From Verrucomicrobiota bacterium (GTDB lineage Bacteria > Verrucomicrobiota > Kiritimatiellia > JAHIZV01): 64,000 bases of DNA. The notes below the pieces were generated by a model. That model had not been told where the DNA came from. It made no database searches and saw only the letters and a program-made list of their open reading frames with translations. Below are positions 1 to 10,574 of this stretch, in pieces (the first letter of the stretch is position 1; the number at the start of each line of letters is the position of its first letter). The stretch is from the NCBI GenBank assembly GCA_018814445.1, contig JAHIZV010000169.1, positions 2,162 to 66,161 on the forward strand. The letters run 5' to 3'. The position numbers and the translations under genes are program-made.

Positions 1-1425
1 CAGGCGGTGCTCCGCTCTGGATGTGAACATACGGTATGGCTCATCGGTGCCTTTCGTGACAAGGTCATCTATCAGGACGCCGATGTAGGCCTCGTTTCGA
101 CTTAGAACCATGGGGTCTTCGCCTCGCACCTTCAGCGCCGCATTGACGCCGGCAATGAACCCCTGGCCTGCGGCCTCCTCGTAACCGGTGGTTCCGTTGA
201 TCTGCCCGGCAAGGAAGACATTCTCGATCAGCTTGGTCTCCAGACTGTGATAGAGCTGGGTAGGATCAGCGTAGTCGTACTCAATGGCATAGCCGGGCTT
301 CAGGAATTCCGCATGTTCAAGTCCGGGAATCGAATGAATCATCTCGTGCTGTATGTCCTCCGGAAGACTGTTGGAGGTGCCGTTTGGGTAGATTTCAACG
401 GTGCTGCGACCTTCAGGTTCGATAAAGACATGGTGAGAGGACTTGCTCCTGAATTTCACAATCTTGTCCTCAATCGAGGGACAGTATCTTACACCCGTGC
501 CTTCAATGGATCCGCCATACATCGAGCTTCTGGCTAGGTTATTCTCAATGATTTCATGTGTTTTCGCCGTTGTATGCGTCAAATAGCAGGGAATTTGGTC
601 GTATCCGGGAGGCCAGGGACGGAAGACATCTGCTTTATGTTCCACGTGGAACATGGGGTCTTTTCCCGTAATTGGTACCGATTTCTGTTCCACGTGGAAC
701 ACACGCCGCTTTTCGGCGCTTTCCGCCCATTCTCGCCGGGCGGCCAGGGAGAAAAACGGCGGAGGATCGAATCCTGGCTGGGGCTCCATCTTCTGCCAGT
801 CTATGGAATCCTTGTGCAGCCTCGGCGGCGTGCCGGTCTTGAGCCTTCCGAGTCGAAATCCAAGATTAAGGAAAGAGCGGCTTAACTCAGTCGCCGCCTT
901 TTCATCGATTCTGCCTCCAGGGAAATGCCGGTCTCCGATATGTATTACTCCTCCGAGAAACGTGCCCGTGGCGATGACGAGAGATGCTCCGCGAATTTCG
1001 GATCCATCCGATGTGCGGACGCCTTTGAGCTTTCCGGCCTGGAGAAGAATTTCAGTGACCAGGGCCTCGATGATTTCTAAGTTCGGTGTCCGAGCGAGAA
1101 CGGCTTGAATCCGCAGAGGGAAGAGGGGCTTGTCGCATTGGACGCGGTTAGCCTGAACGGCGGGCCCCTTGCGGGTATTGAGTGTCCGGAATTGTATGCC
1201 GGTGTAATCGGTGTTGCGGGCAATCTCACCCCCGAGCGCGTCGAGTTCAAAAACGATATGTGATTTAGCGATACCTCCAATCGACGGATTGCATGACATC
1301 CTGCCAATCGCATCGCGCGAGATGGTTATGAGGGCGGTTGAAACTCCGAGTTTGGCCGCAGCAAGAGCGGCTTCGTAGCCGGCATGTCCGGCACCCACCA
1401 CAATGACATCATATGCTCTATTCAA
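1..1425 (-). CDS. mnmG: tRNA uridine 5-carboxymethylaminomethyl modification enzyme MnmG/GidA (3' end beyond window)
   Basis: Not in the ORF track because it is open at the window edge. Manual translation from TTG at 1425 gives [28 protein letters not shown] and [17 protein letters not shown]. It lies directly downstream of mnmE. Confidence 0.95.
   Translation of the reverse strand, partial: MNRAYDVIVVGAGHAGYEAALAAAKLGVSTALITISRDAIGRMSCNPSIGGIAKSHIVFELDALGGEIARNTDYTGIQFRTLNTRKGPAVQANRVQCDKPLFPLRIQAVLARTPNLEIIEALVTEILLQAGKLKGVRTSDGSEIRGASLVIATGTFLGGVIHIGDRHFPGGRIDEKAATELSRSFLNLGFRLGRLKTGTPPRLHKDSIDWQKMEPQPGFDPPPFFSLAARREWAESAEKRRVFHVEQKSVPITGKDPMFHVEHKADVFRPWPPGYDQIPCYLTHTTAKTHEIIENNLARSSMYGGSIEGTGVRYCPSIEDKIVKFRSKSSHHVFIEPEGRSTVEIYPNGTSNSLPEDIQHEMIHSIPGLEHAEFLKPGYAIEYDYADPTQLYHSLETKLIENVFLAGQINGTTGYEEAAGQGFIAGVNAALKVRGEDPMVLSRNEAYIGVLIDDLVTKGTDEPYRMFTSRAEHRL
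638..653. promoter_or_regulatory. parS site (perfect 16-bp palindrome TGTTCCACGTGGAACA)
   Basis: Matches the chromosomal parS consensus; lies inside mnmG; parB is about 10 kb away. Confidence 0.9.
686..701. promoter_or_regulatory. parS site (second perfect TGTTCCACGTGGAACA)
   Basis: Identical copy 48 bp from the first. Confidence 0.9.
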
Positions 1426-1486
1426 AGTCAGTTCCAGTATATATAACCACTTGTACTCCAGTGGTTTAGGATAATGTCTGGCGGTG

Positions 1487-2860
1487 TCATTTCCCGATAC
1501 AGAACCGGGAGAAGATGTGGTCCAGAAGTTCTTCCTCGTACGTTTTTCCGGTAATAGTCCCCATTGCCTCGAGAGCGTCTCGCATCCTGGCGGCGGCAAG
1601 CGGGATATCGTCATCGCGTTCAGAGGCGAGCAGTGCGTCTGCGGCATCGAGATGTTCTGCCGTCTCGATCAGCAGGAGGCGGTGGCGCTCGGAAATGACG
1701 GCATGTGGCGGACCTTCCACGTGGAACTCCTGTTCGAGATTCCTGCTTATAGCATCTCCCACAGCGTCTGCGGATCCTGCAGTCAGGAGAGATGTACGCA
1801 CGCACTGGAACTGGAGAAAATCCTTCTGAGTCACTTTCTCGCCAAGATCGATTTTATTAAGGACGAGGACGCTTCTCCGGGGGTCAAGGCCTTCAATATG
1901 CTTCATGGTTTCTGAATCAACAGGCTGAGAAGCATCGAGCACAAGCAAGTGAATATCAGCCTTCTCGAGTTGCCGCCGGGTCCGGGCAATGCCTTCCTGT
2001 TCCACGGCACACACGGTTTCGCGCAGGCCTGCCGTATCGACGAGACGGATTGGGACGCCGTCGAGGACCAGTCCCTCCTCGATAGAATCTCTGGTCGTTC
2101 CGGGAATATCCGAAACGATGGCGCGATCCGTGCCCAGCAACAGGTTCAGAAGTGTCGACTTGCCGACGTTGGGTTTTCCGGCGATGACTACGAGCGCGCC
2201 ATCCCGAAGGAGATGGCCTTCATCCCACGTCTGAATCAGTCGGCTTACCTCAGTGGAGACTTCTTTGAGTCTCGCCCGGATATCGTTAAATACTGCCGGA
2301 GGGAGGTCTTCCTCGGGAAAATCGAGCGTTGCTTCCACATCTGAAGCGACGGAAATGCCTCGCTCGTAAATATCTTCAATAACGCGACTTAAGCCTCCCT
2401 CAAGCTGGTCAACGGCAGCGGAAGCGGCGCGCTCTGAGCGGGCTTTTATGAGATCAAGAACAGCTTCGGCCTGCGCCAGATCAAGACGTCCATTCAGGAA
2501 GGCGCGGCGAGTGAATTCTCCGGGCTCGGCCAATCGGGCACCCTCCTCGATGACTCGGCGCAGAATGCGGCGCGCGCTGACGGGTCCTCCGTGACCCTGG
2601 AACTCGACCACGTCTTCCCGCGTATAGCTGTGCGGAGCCCGCATAAGCATGAGCAGAATCTCATCAATGTCACCGACAATTCCTTGAACCGTCCCATGCA
2701 GAAAAGTCCCGGTTCCGGCTTCAGAAGGCCTGCGTCCTTTTCCCTCGAAGATGGCATCCGCGATCTCGAAGGCTTTTGGTCCGGAGACGCGGACGATCGC
2801 TACTCCCGCTTCTCCGGGAGCCGTCACGATTGCTGCTATGGTGTCTTCGATTAAGTTCAT
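1487..2860 (-). CDS. mnmE: tRNA modification GTPase MnmE/TrmE
   Basis: DTIAAIVT N-terminus, GKPNVGKS P-loop, GTTRD, DTAG, NKID and C-terminal FCIGK. Start moved to the ATG at 2860. Confidence 0.97.
   Translation of the reverse strand: MNLIEDTIAAIVTAPGEAGVAIVRVSGPKAFEIADAIFEGKGRRPSEAGTGTFLHGTVQGIVGDIDEILLMLMRAPHSYTREDVVEFQGHGGPVSARRILRRVIEEGARLAEPGEFTRRAFLNGRLDLAQAEAVLDLIKARSERAASAAVDQLEGGLSRVIEDIYERGISVASDVEATLDFPEEDLPPAVFNDIRARLKEVSTEVSRLIQTWDEGHLLRDGALVVIAGKPNVGKSTLLNLLLGTDRAIVSDIPGTTRDSIEEGLVLDGVPIRLVDTAGLRETVCAVEQEGIARTRRQLEKADIHLLVLDASQPVDSETMKHIEGLDPRRSVLVLNKIDLGEKVTQKDFLQFQCVRTSLLTAGSADAVGDAISRNLEQEFHVEGPPHAVISERHRLLLIETAEHLDAADALLASERDDDIPLAAARMRDALEAMGTITGKTYEEELLDHIFSRFCIGK
1713..1728. 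promoter_or_regulatory. degenerate parS-like site (CCTTCCACGTGGAACT) inside mnmE
   Basis: The 12-bp core TTCCACGTGGAA is intact but the outer bases differ. Confidence 0.55.
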
Positions 2861-3055
2861 GACAGGTGCGGATGCGGAGGGTTCCTCTCCAGCATGCCGC
2901 GCGTGCGAGATGTTGGCGTAAGTGCAACACCCGTGCAATTCGAAAGAGAAACTCAAGGACTGCCAACCTGCGCCAGGCTTCATGCCCGTTGGCGAGATCG
3001 CCCTAGACCTGGGCTACCTCTTCGCGATACAATACACTTGAAAGGACCGCTTTAT

Positions 3056-3496
3056 ATGAGAAACGTTCTGAAACTGTGCTCAATGCTCACTTTGCTGGGG
3101 CTCATCGTTGCGTGCAATACGCCTGAAGCGCGGATTAAAAAGAATACGGAGATGTTCGACGGCTTTCCTCCCGATGTGCAGGAGCGTGTCCGCCAGGGAA
3201 AAATCGCGGTCGGCGATACGCGCGATATGGTATTCATCGCGCTCGGAGAACCGAATCGCCAATACGTGAGGACCACGGCCGACGGCGATGCCGAATTGTG
3301 GTCGTACGTCGATAGAGACGTAAGACCGGAACGCGAACGGGTCACGGGTTCGTTTCGTGTGCGCGATTCCCAGGGCCGATATCGCAACGTCAACGAGTCA
3401 ATGTGGGTTTCGGTGGATCACTATACCGAGTACGAACGCCTTCGCATCGAGTTGATAAACGGCAAAGTGCACGCGATAGAGACGATCAAGAGATGA
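3056..3496 (+). CDS. hypothetical lipoprotein
   Basis: Signal peptide with lipobox-like LIVAC; AAAGGA upstream; GDTRDMVFIALGEP resembles small outer-membrane lipoprotein (SmpA-like) motifs. Confidence 0.75.
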   Translation: MRNVLKLCSMLTLLGLIVACNTPEARIKKNTEMFDGFPPDVQERVRQGKIAVGDTRDMVFIALGEPNRQYVRTTADGDAELWSYVDRDVRPERERVTGSFRVRDSQGRYRNVNESMWVSVDHYTEYERLRIELINGKVHAIETIKR

Positions 3497-3518
3497 CGGC
3501 TGAAGAGCCGATGTCTTT

Positions 3519-4463
3519 CTATCCTTCTCTGAATGCCATGACGTCATCCAGGCTCGCGGCATCAGCCAGGAGCATCACGAGGCGATCGACGCCGAGCGCG
3601 ATGCCTGCACATTCAGGCAGGCCCGATTCCAGCGCTGACAGAAACGCATGATCCAACGGGTATCTCTCGCGTCCGGCTTCTTCCCGCATGGCTGCCCACT
3701 TATCAAATCGCGCTTTCTGTTCTACGGAGTCTGTGAGTTCCGAATAGGCGTTGGCGAGTTCAAGTCCGCCTATATACAGCTCCCATCGTTCAGATACGGC
3801 GGGGTTAGCGCGCTTTCTGCGCGCAAGCGCGGCAAGTGCCGAGGGATAATCCGAGAGTATCACCGGGACATCGTGGGGCAACGCCGGTTCGACTTTGGTG
3901 ACCAGATCGAGATCGAAGCGGTCTTCATCGAACTCCTTTACTGGATCCCATCCAGCGTGTTGGATGAATGCATTGGAGACAGTGGTCAAATTCCAGAGAG
4001 GAACAAGAGAGATCTCATTGCCTTGGTATGCAATGTCGGTTGTACCGCGCACTTCGTTCGCGACATGGGCTATGAGAGCCTTCGTGTCTGTGAGAATATC
4101 GAGATAATCCGCTCCGCTCCGGTACCATTCCAGCATGGTGAATTCGGGATGATGGAGATCTCCTCTCTCACCTCTTCGGAAGCATGCGCCCATCTGAAAG
4201 ATCCGTTTATACCCCGCGGCAACGAGGCGCTTCATGTGAAGTTCGGGTGATGTGCGGAGGTAACAATCTCCTGAAGGCTCCGCGTCGATATGGAGTTCGA
4301 GCGCGGGAGTAGCAACACGGACGGGCGTCTCCACCTCAATGAAATCCCGCTCGGTGAAGAACGCCCGGATAGACTGAAGGACCCGGTGTCGAATCTGGAG
4401 ATTCGTTTTCAGCGACTGTAATCGCAGCGTGTCCGGGTTGGCATCTGGGCTTTCAGGTTTCAG
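3519..4463 (-). CDS. epmA: EF-P lysine aminoacylase EpmA (GenX/PoxA); start uncertain
   Basis: EVETP, YLRTSPELHMKRL, HHPEFTMLEWY, ELANAYSEL and GIALGVDRL motifs; next to efp. The frame stays open and homologous upstream of the GTG at 4334; a CTG at 4463 with GAGGG upstream is a candidate start. Confidence 0.9.
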   Translation of the reverse strand: MKPESPDANPDTLRLQSLKTNLQIRHRVLQSIRAFFTERDFIEVETPVRVATPALELHIDAEPSGDCYLRTSPELHMKRLVAAGYKRIFQMGACFRRGERGDLHHPEFTMLEWYRSGADYLDILTDTKALIAHVANEVRGTTDIAYQGNEISLVPLWNLTTVSNAFIQHAGWDPVKEFDEDRFDLDLVTKVEPALPHDVPVILSDYPSALAALARRKRANPAVSERWELYIGGLELANAYSELTDSVEQKARFDKWAAMREEAGRERYPLDHAFLSALESGLPECAGIALGVDRLVMLLADAASLDDVMAFREG

Positions 4464-4486
4464 GTTTGAGCCCTCAGGTTTCCAAT

Positions 4487-5053
4487 CTAACCTTTGCTCA
4501 CCCGCTCAGAATACGCGCCGGTACGTGTGTCTATTCTGATCACATCGCCTTCATTGACGAAAATCGGCACCTGGACTTCATAACCATTATCGACTTTAGC
4601 GGGTTTGAGCACGTTCGTTGCCGTATCGCCGCGCGCGCCGGGCTCGGTCTCGATGATCTTCTTCTCGATGAAGTTCGGCAGCGTGACCTCAAGCGGCCGG
4701 TTGTTGAAGAAGAGGACCTCCACCTCCATGTCCTCCACGAGGAAGTACTTCTGGTTCCCCAGCACGTCTGAACTCACATGAATCTGCTCATATGTGTCAG
4801 TATCCATGAAGACGAAGTCACTGCCGTCTTCGTAAGAGTAGATCAGATCCTTCGAGAGAAGATTCGGTTTGTCGATCTTCTCAACGGAGCGATATGACTT
4901 GTCGAGAGTCGAGCCGGTGAACAGGTTCCTGATCTTGCATCGATAGATGGCCTGTCCTTTGCCCGGTTTCACAAACTGGAAGTCCGTGATGATGCAGGGC
5001 TCCCCGTCGATTTCAATTTTCAGTCCTTTGCGTAGATCAGATGCGCTGTACAT
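4487..5053 (-). CDS. efp: translation elongation factor P
   Basis: VKPGKG loop (Lys, EpmA-type), RGDTA, VPIFV and IRIDTRTGAY. Confidence 0.98.
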   Translation of the reverse strand: MYSASDLRKGLKIEIDGEPCIITDFQFVKPGKGQAIYRCKIRNLFTGSTLDKSYRSVEKIDKPNLLSKDLIYSYEDGSDFVFMDTDTYEQIHVSSDVLGNQKYFLVEDMEVEVLFFNNRPLEVTLPNFIEKKIIETEPGARGDTATNVLKPAKVDNGYEVQVPIFVNEGDVIRIDTRTGAYSERVSKG

Positions 5054-5082
5054 GTTCTCACCTTCCTGTCCGCCAAAGAGAA

Positions 5083-5106
5083 CGGACGATCCGACGGGAT
5101 CGTCCG
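5083..5106. terminator. GC-rich hairpin between pckG and efp
   Basis: 10-bp perfect stem CGGACGATCC-GACG-GGATCGTCCG; weak U-tract. Confidence 0.45.
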
Positions 5107-5141
5107 CTCATCGACGATTCACTTCGTATCAGCCGCGAAGA

Positions 5142-6938
5142 TTAAGCGTTCTGCAGCCGGGCCTCAAGAGCATTGAGTTCGTCATTCAGTTCTGCGGGGA
5201 GCTTGTCGCCAAACTTGGCAAAGTGCTCTCTGATTGCATCGACAACGGCCTTCCATTCCGCGGTATCGACTTTCATCAGTTCCGCCATGTCCTCAGCCGG
5301 GATATCCAGGCCGCTCAGATCGAGAGCGCCGTCAGCCGGCATCAGGCCTATAGGACCTTCCCTGGCCTCTGCAGTTCCGTTGCACCGTTCGAAGATATAC
5401 TTCAGGACACGGCTGTTCTCACCGAATCCGGGCCACAACCATTTACCGTTGGTGTTCTTGCGGAACCAGTTTACGTAGAAGACCTTAGGCATCTTATCTC
5501 CGCCCTTCTCGCCCATCTTGATCCAGTGCGCGAAGTAGTCTCCCATGTGGTAGCCGCAGAACGGAAGCATAGCCATCGGATCAAATCGGAGCTGGCCGAG
5601 TCCGCCCGCTGCTGCTGCTGTCTTTTCGGAGGCCATGGAGGCTCCAAGGAATGTGCCGTGCTGCCAGTTGGCAGCTTCGATGACGAGCGGCTGAGTCGTT
5701 GCTCGGCGCCCGCCGAAGAGGATCGCGCTGATCGGCACTCCCGCGGGATCTTCCCACTCATCCGCGATCACCGGACACTGGCTTGCGGGTGCGGTGAAGC
5801 GTGCGTTGGGATGCGCGGCGGTGCGTCCGCAGCCGGGCGCCCAGGGACGGCGCAGCCAGTCCACGAGATGCTCCGGCTCATCTTCTTTCATATCCTCCCA
5901 CCAGACATCTCCTTCCGGCGTCAGTGCGACATTGGTAAAGATGGAGTTCTTTGCGGCACTGATCATCGCGTTGGGGTTTGAGTAGTCGCTCGTTCCCGGT
6001 GCGACACCGAAGAACCCGGCTTCAGGATTGATGGCATAGAGTCGACCGTCCTCGCCGAATTTCATCCAGGCGATATCATCGCCGATGGTCTCGACCTTCC
6101 AACCCTTGAGGGTTGGATTCATCATGGCGAGATTCGTTTTTCCGCACGCGCTTGGGAACGCAGCGGCGACGTACTTCACATCCCCGTCGGGTGATGTGAG
6201 TTTCAGAACCAGCATATGCTCGGCCATCCAGCCTTCGTCACGAGCCTGAACGGAGGCGATGCGAAGCGCATGACATTTCTTGCCGAGCAGCGCGTTTCCG
6301 CCATAACCCGAACCATAGGACCAGATCTCGCGGGTCTCCGGGTAATGCGTGATGTACTTGTTCTCGGCATTGCACGGCCAGGGCTGATCGGGCTGTTTTT
6401 CGCCGGTCAGCGGTGAACCGATCGAGTGGATGCCCCGGACAAAGTCTTCGCTGTCACCGAGGACTTCAACAACCTTCGTGCCTACGCGCGCCATGATGTG
6501 CATATTGCAGACCACGTAGGGCGAATCGGTGATTTCAAAGCCTATCTTGGCAATCGGGCTTCCGATCGGGCCCATGGAGTAAGGAATCACGAACATCGTG
6601 CGGCCCTGCATACAGCCGTCATAGAGGCCGCGGAGAGTTTCCTTGATCTCCGCAGGGGCCGTCCAGTTATTCGTCGGCCCCGCGTCTTCCTTACTCTCGC
6701 AGCAGATATAGGTGCGGTCTTCCACGCGCGCCACATCAGCGGGATCCGACCGGCAGATGAAGCTGTTCGGGCGGATATCATCGTTGAGCCGAATATACGT
6801 TCCGGAATCGACCATGAGTTTGCTCAGGCGGTCGTATTCGTCCTTGGACCCGTCACACCAGACGATTTCGTCCGGTTTGCACATGGCGGACACTTCGTCT
6901 ACCCACTCAAGCAGCTTCTTATTCGTTGTTTTTGTCAT
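5142..6938 (-). CDS. pckG: phosphoenolpyruvate carboxykinase (GTP)
   Basis: [46 protein letters not shown] and [11 protein letters not shown]. Confidence 0.97.
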   Translation of the reverse strand: MTKTTNKKLLEWVDEVSAMCKPDEIVWCDGSKDEYDRLSKLMVDSGTYIRLNDDIRPNSFICRSDPADVARVEDRTYICCESKEDAGPTNNWTAPAEIKETLRGLYDGCMQGRTMFVIPYSMGPIGSPIAKIGFEITDSPYVVCNMHIMARVGTKVVEVLGDSEDFVRGIHSIGSPLTGEKQPDQPWPCNAENKYITHYPETREIWSYGSGYGGNALLGKKCHALRIASVQARDEGWMAEHMLVLKLTSPDGDVKYVAAAFPSACGKTNLAMMNPTLKGWKVETIGDDIAWMKFGEDGRLYAINPEAGFFGVAPGTSDYSNPNAMISAAKNSIFTNVALTPEGDVWWEDMKEDEPEHLVDWLRRPWAPGCGRTAAHPNARFTAPASQCPVIADEWEDPAGVPISAILFGGRRATTQPLVIEAANWQHGTFLGASMASEKTAAAAGGLGQLRFDPMAMLPFCGYHMGDYFAHWIKMGEKGGDKMPKVFYVNWFRKNTNGKWLWPGFGENSRVLKYIFERCNGTAEAREGPIGLMPADGALDLSGLDIPAEDMAELMKVDTAEWKAVVDAIREHFAKFGDKLPAELNDELNALEARLQNA

Positions 6939-7068
6939 AGGTTTCCTCTGTTTCAAGTTAGTCTACTATGTTTCAGAATCTAAGCCCGTCAAGGGCGGGG
7001 GAAAAATAAGGAAGGAGAGATCAGTTGGCAAGCTTTTTCGTTATTTTTTTGTCGAATAAGGAGGGCTT

Positions 7069-8058
7069 CTAGAATCTCCCTACTAATTCGAGAAAAGCCC
7101 CATGTCGAGTGCTCTCGACATTGTCGAGAGAGGTGTTCCCGGCAGTCCCGTCCGCGAAATAGATCGTATCTTCGCCGTTCTCAGCCTCGAAGTGCATATA
7201 CCAATATCCGGCAGACAGCGTTAAGCTCTTATGCAGTTCGTAGCTGAGCGAGCAGCGGGCATCGATCCCGCGCCCCGTATCAGCCGTCTGGACGAAATTG
7301 GGCGAGCTTTCCCGAAAGTCGTCCGGGCCCGATCCTGCTCGCAGATTCCAATAGGCCTGACCTTCGTAATCAAGCAGTGCAAGCAGCGCAGCCTCGCAGG
7401 AAAGCGTCCACTTAGGATATACCGGAATGATAGCTCTCCCGCCCAGCCTGAGCATCTGCCACGCGAAGTCGTAGGTGGAATCGAGACCGTCAAGCGGGTC
7501 ATATATGGGTTCGCCCAGCACGAGTGTCGTTACGCCGTCCGTATCGTTGACTTCATCTGTGTAGTAGTGGTATCCGATGAATCCTTCAAGCTGAGCGTCG
7601 ACTTTCTTGAGTTTGAACAGCTCGCGCAAGTCGACAAGCATATCCAGCGTGAAAAACTTCGTGTTGCCCTCTGTTTGAGCTTCCGATTCAAGGAATTTGA
7701 AATCGTCGATCCAGTCGGAGTCGGTATTAGCGCCATCATTGATGTTCCCGCCCCCGAGCCGGCCTGCAAAGCTGACAAGGCGAGACGCGCGGACCTCTCC
7801 GGAAAGGACGAATACAACGCTGTCCAGATTCTCCCACTGAAGCTTTGAGCGTCCGGTAGCGACGCCGAAACCGGGATCGGTGAAGATGAAACTCGTTTCC
7901 CATCCACCTTCTCCTGTCGTGATCCAGGCGCCCGCGCCGACCGAGATGTTCTCATTTCCGTATATCTGGACGCTTCCACTGCCGGATCCCGCAAAGGAAT
8001 CAGAGGCGATGAAGATGCCGAACGGGATGATAAGAAGAGTCGAGAGCGAGAGCTTCAT
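7069..8058 (-). CDS. outer-membrane beta-barrel protein, omptin-like
   Basis: Signal peptide, alternating beta strands, RSKLQW and DSDW omptin-like motifs, terminal Phe. Confidence 0.65.
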   Translation of the reverse strand: MKLSLSTLLIIPFGIFIASDSFAGSGSGSVQIYGNENISVGAGAWITTGEGGWETSFIFTDPGFGVATGRSKLQWENLDSVVFVLSGEVRASRLVSFAGRLGGGNINDGANTDSDWIDDFKFLESEAQTEGNTKFFTLDMLVDLRELFKLKKVDAQLEGFIGYHYYTDEVNDTDGVTTLVLGEPIYDPLDGLDSTYDFAWQMLRLGGRAIIPVYPKWTLSCEAALLALLDYEGQAYWNLRAGSGPDDFRESSPNFVQTADTGRGIDARCSLSYELHKSLTLSAGYWYMHFEAENGEDTIYFADGTAGNTSLDNVESTRHGAFLELVGRF

Positions 8059-8112
8059 GACGATTTCCTCCGTAATGATTCGGGCCGCATGACCGCAGAT
8101 CATACACTATTC

Positions 8113-8154
8113 CCCGAAACCCGAAACCCGAAACCCGAAACCCGAAACCCGAAA
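8113..8154. repeat. perfect heptamer tandem repeat (CCCGAAA)x6
   Basis: Read directly; lies between the Na/Pi transporter stop and the barrel gene start. Confidence 0.95.
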
Positions 8155-8156
8155 GG

Positions 8157-9827
8157 CTACTTTTCTCCGCCAAGTGCTTCGGCAACGTTGAGCCCATGGT
8201 CGCGTATGCGCCGATAGGCGTTGAGCATATCCATGTAGATGAGGCTCTTCAGCGGCGGAATCTTCTCCTCGGCGAGACGGGAGAGATGGTGCCGGCGGTA
8301 TTCCTTCATCAATCGGGTTACGTCGTCGCCGCGAGAATGGGCACGGCTCACGATATCGGTGGGAGGCTCTTTGATGGATGCGATCACCATATCCAGGTAG
8401 TCTCGCACAGCGTCGTGCAGATTCAGAATCTCTTTGAGACCCTCTTCGGATATCTCGAGCTTGTTCTTGCGCAATTTGAGATACATCTTCATCACGTTGG
8501 TGATGTAGTCACTGATGGACTCCAGCTCGTCGGCCGCCCTCAATTGAATGCGCGCTTCTTCAATGGATGAATGGGTAACTCGTCCGGACATAAGTTGCCC
8601 AAGAAATACGGTGATCTCCTTCTGAACGTTGTCGAGGATGTCTTCCCGATGAAAGATCTTCCGCTTCAGCTCTTCGTTCGGTTTCTCCTGCTGAAGGACT
8701 TCCCGCAGCTTGTCCATCATCAACTGGATGCTTTCACCCATGAAGACGAGCTCTTTCTTTGATTGCGCGAGACCGAAGTTGGGCGTGTCCAGCATCCTGA
8801 TGTCGAGATAGGTAAGATGCGGAGTCTCCTTCGTGCCTTTGTCCGGCGCGATCTTCGTCACGAGCCAGGCCAGCGGCCGGAGCAGAGGAATGAAGAGGAT
8901 CGTATTGGTCACGTTAAAACCGGTATGAACCAACGCGATTCCAGCCAGAATGTAAGGAAACGTCTCTACGCCCTCGGCAAGAACCATCACCCCCGGATCA
9001 TGTCCCACGACTTTCCGGATGACGCCGATGTATATGGGGAATATCGCGGTAATCCATGCCACGCCCAGAATGTTGAAGACGGCATGTGAGTAGGCTGCGC
9101 GTTTAGCGTTTGTCGATGCGCCCAGTGAGGCGAGATAGGCTGTGATGGTTGTGCCGATGTTCTCGCCTAGAACCAGTGCAGCCGCCGTCTCGAAACCGAT
9201 CACGCCTGTCTTCGCGAGACCCATGGTAATACCGAGTGTGGCCGAGGAAGACTGCACTATCATCGTGAGAAGGCATCCAACCAGCGCGCATTTGAGGACT
9301 CCGAAATAGGAATCAGCCTGAAACCGGGCGAACCAGTGCGCAAATTCAGGAATTGAGCGAATGGGTTTCAGTCCGCCGCTCATGAGTTCCAGACCGAAGA
9401 AGATCATGCCGATACCCATAAACACCATGCCCGTGTAACGAACGCGTTCGTTCTTGGAGAAGAGGAAGAAGAACGCCGCAACGCCAAGCATCGGCAGTCC
9501 GTACTTCCCGATCTTGAGCGTCAAAATCCAGCCGGTAATCGTCGTTCCGATGTTGGCGCCGAAGATGACGCCGATAGCCTGCATAAGGGTCATGAATCCG
9601 CTGTTCACAAGTCCGACGACCATGACTGTGGTGACGGAGCTGGATTGAACGACACAGGTGATGAACAGGCCGACGCCTACGGCCAGCAGACGGTTGTCGG
9701 TAACAACGCTGATCATCTTGCGCAAGCGGGTTCCGGCCACAGCCTGAAGCCCCTCGGACATGTTTTTCATGCCGAAAAGGAAGATTCCCAGTCCGCCGAT
9801 CAGATCGAAGATCATTTTGAGTACCAT
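8157..9827 (-). CDS. Na+/phosphate cotransporter family protein with PhoU-like C-terminal domains
   Basis: Two QSSS motifs with GANIGTT/GENIGTT; helical C-terminus with ELESISD and RIRDH. Confidence 0.93.
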   Translation of the reverse strand: MVLKMIFDLIGGLGIFLFGMKNMSEGLQAVAGTRLRKMISVVTDNRLLAVGVGLFITCVVQSSSVTTVMVVGLVNSGFMTLMQAIGVIFGANIGTTITGWILTLKIGKYGLPMLGVAAFFFLFSKNERVRYTGMVFMGIGMIFFGLELMSGGLKPIRSIPEFAHWFARFQADSYFGVLKCALVGCLLTMIVQSSSATLGITMGLAKTGVIGFETAAALVLGENIGTTITAYLASLGASTNAKRAAYSHAVFNILGVAWITAIFPIYIGVIRKVVGHDPGVMVLAEGVETFPYILAGIALVHTGFNVTNTILFIPLLRPLAWLVTKIAPDKGTKETPHLTYLDIRMLDTPNFGLAQSKKELVFMGESIQLMMDKLREVLQQEKPNEELKRKIFHREDILDNVQKEITVFLGQLMSGRVTHSSIEEARIQLRAADELESISDYITNVMKMYLKLRKNKLEISEEGLKEILNLHDAVRDYLDMVIASIKEPPTDIVSRAHSRGDDVTRLMKEYRRHHLSRLAEEKIPPLKSLIYMDMLNAYRRIRDHGLNVAEALGGEK

Positions 9828-9950
9828 GTCGTCTCCTCTGTTTCCTTCGATAGGGAAAGGTTAGCAGAGTATCAGCAGGGGTAAGGTCGTACTCAAGCTT
9901 TCTTCGACAGAAAATCGCGTTGCGTAGAAAAAAGGAGAAAACCACTAGAT

Positions 9951-10574
9951 CTAGTGGGTCAGGGCATTCAGGACACGACGGACAGTGTCTTCCGGGGTGG
10001 TGTAGTGGACACCTTTTATGCCCACGCGACCGGCTCCGTCAACGTTGATAAGAAGATCGTCTATGAAGAGACATTCGTCAGCGTTCAGGTCGTTCTTCTC
10101 GAGTCCGAGCCGATAGAATTCGGGGTCAGGCTTCAAGACGCCGAGATAGCAGGAAACGGCATCGCCCTTGTGGAAACTCAATGAAGGGAACGCGGTGTAT
10201 ACATAGGGCACATGCAGGTCTCCGGCGTTGGAGAAGAAGTAGATGTCATATGTCTGCGCAAGTTCCCGCGCAAAATTGATCATAGGAGTATTCTCGCTGA
10301 ATACGTCGCGCCAGATATCGACGAAATCCTCATAGCCTCCTTCGAAATGGGTGATTTCCTGAAAGCGCGCAAAAAAGGTCTCCGATGAAATCTGTCCGCT
10401 CTCGTATTCGACAATAGATGGATCGCGGCTCACAAGATCGAAGAAGCCTTTGGCGCCAGAGATGTTCGCGTTGGGACAAAGCGGAAGAAGACGGACAACA
10501 GCCCGTTCGTATTCCAGGTTTAACAGCACAACACCAAGGTCAAACAGGATACTCTTGATAGACCTAGAAATCAT
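9951..10574 (-). CDS. HAD-family phosphatase (YihX-like)
   Basis: FDLGVVL, KPDPEFY and FIDD motifs. Confidence 0.88.
   Translation of the reverse strand: MISRSIKSILFDLGVVLLNLEYERAVVRLLPLCPNANISGAKGFFDLVSRDPSIVEYESGQISSETFFARFQEITHFEGGYEDFVDIWRDVFSENTPMINFARELAQTYDIYFFSNAGDLHVPYVYTAFPSLSFHKGDAVSCYLGVLKPDPEFYRLGLEKNDLNADECLFIDDLLINVDGAGRVGIKGVHYTTPEDTVRRVLNALTH

Noticed and set aside
1426-1486. oriC between mnmE and mnmG
   Set aside because: Only about 60 bp long, and no TTATCCACA DnaA boxes were seen.
4947-5981. Long antisense ORFs (also 14168-15181, 18917-19927, 37762-38880, 49347-50168, 58212-59024)
   Set aside because: They shadow well-supported genes in GC-rich DNA and show no recognisable motifs.
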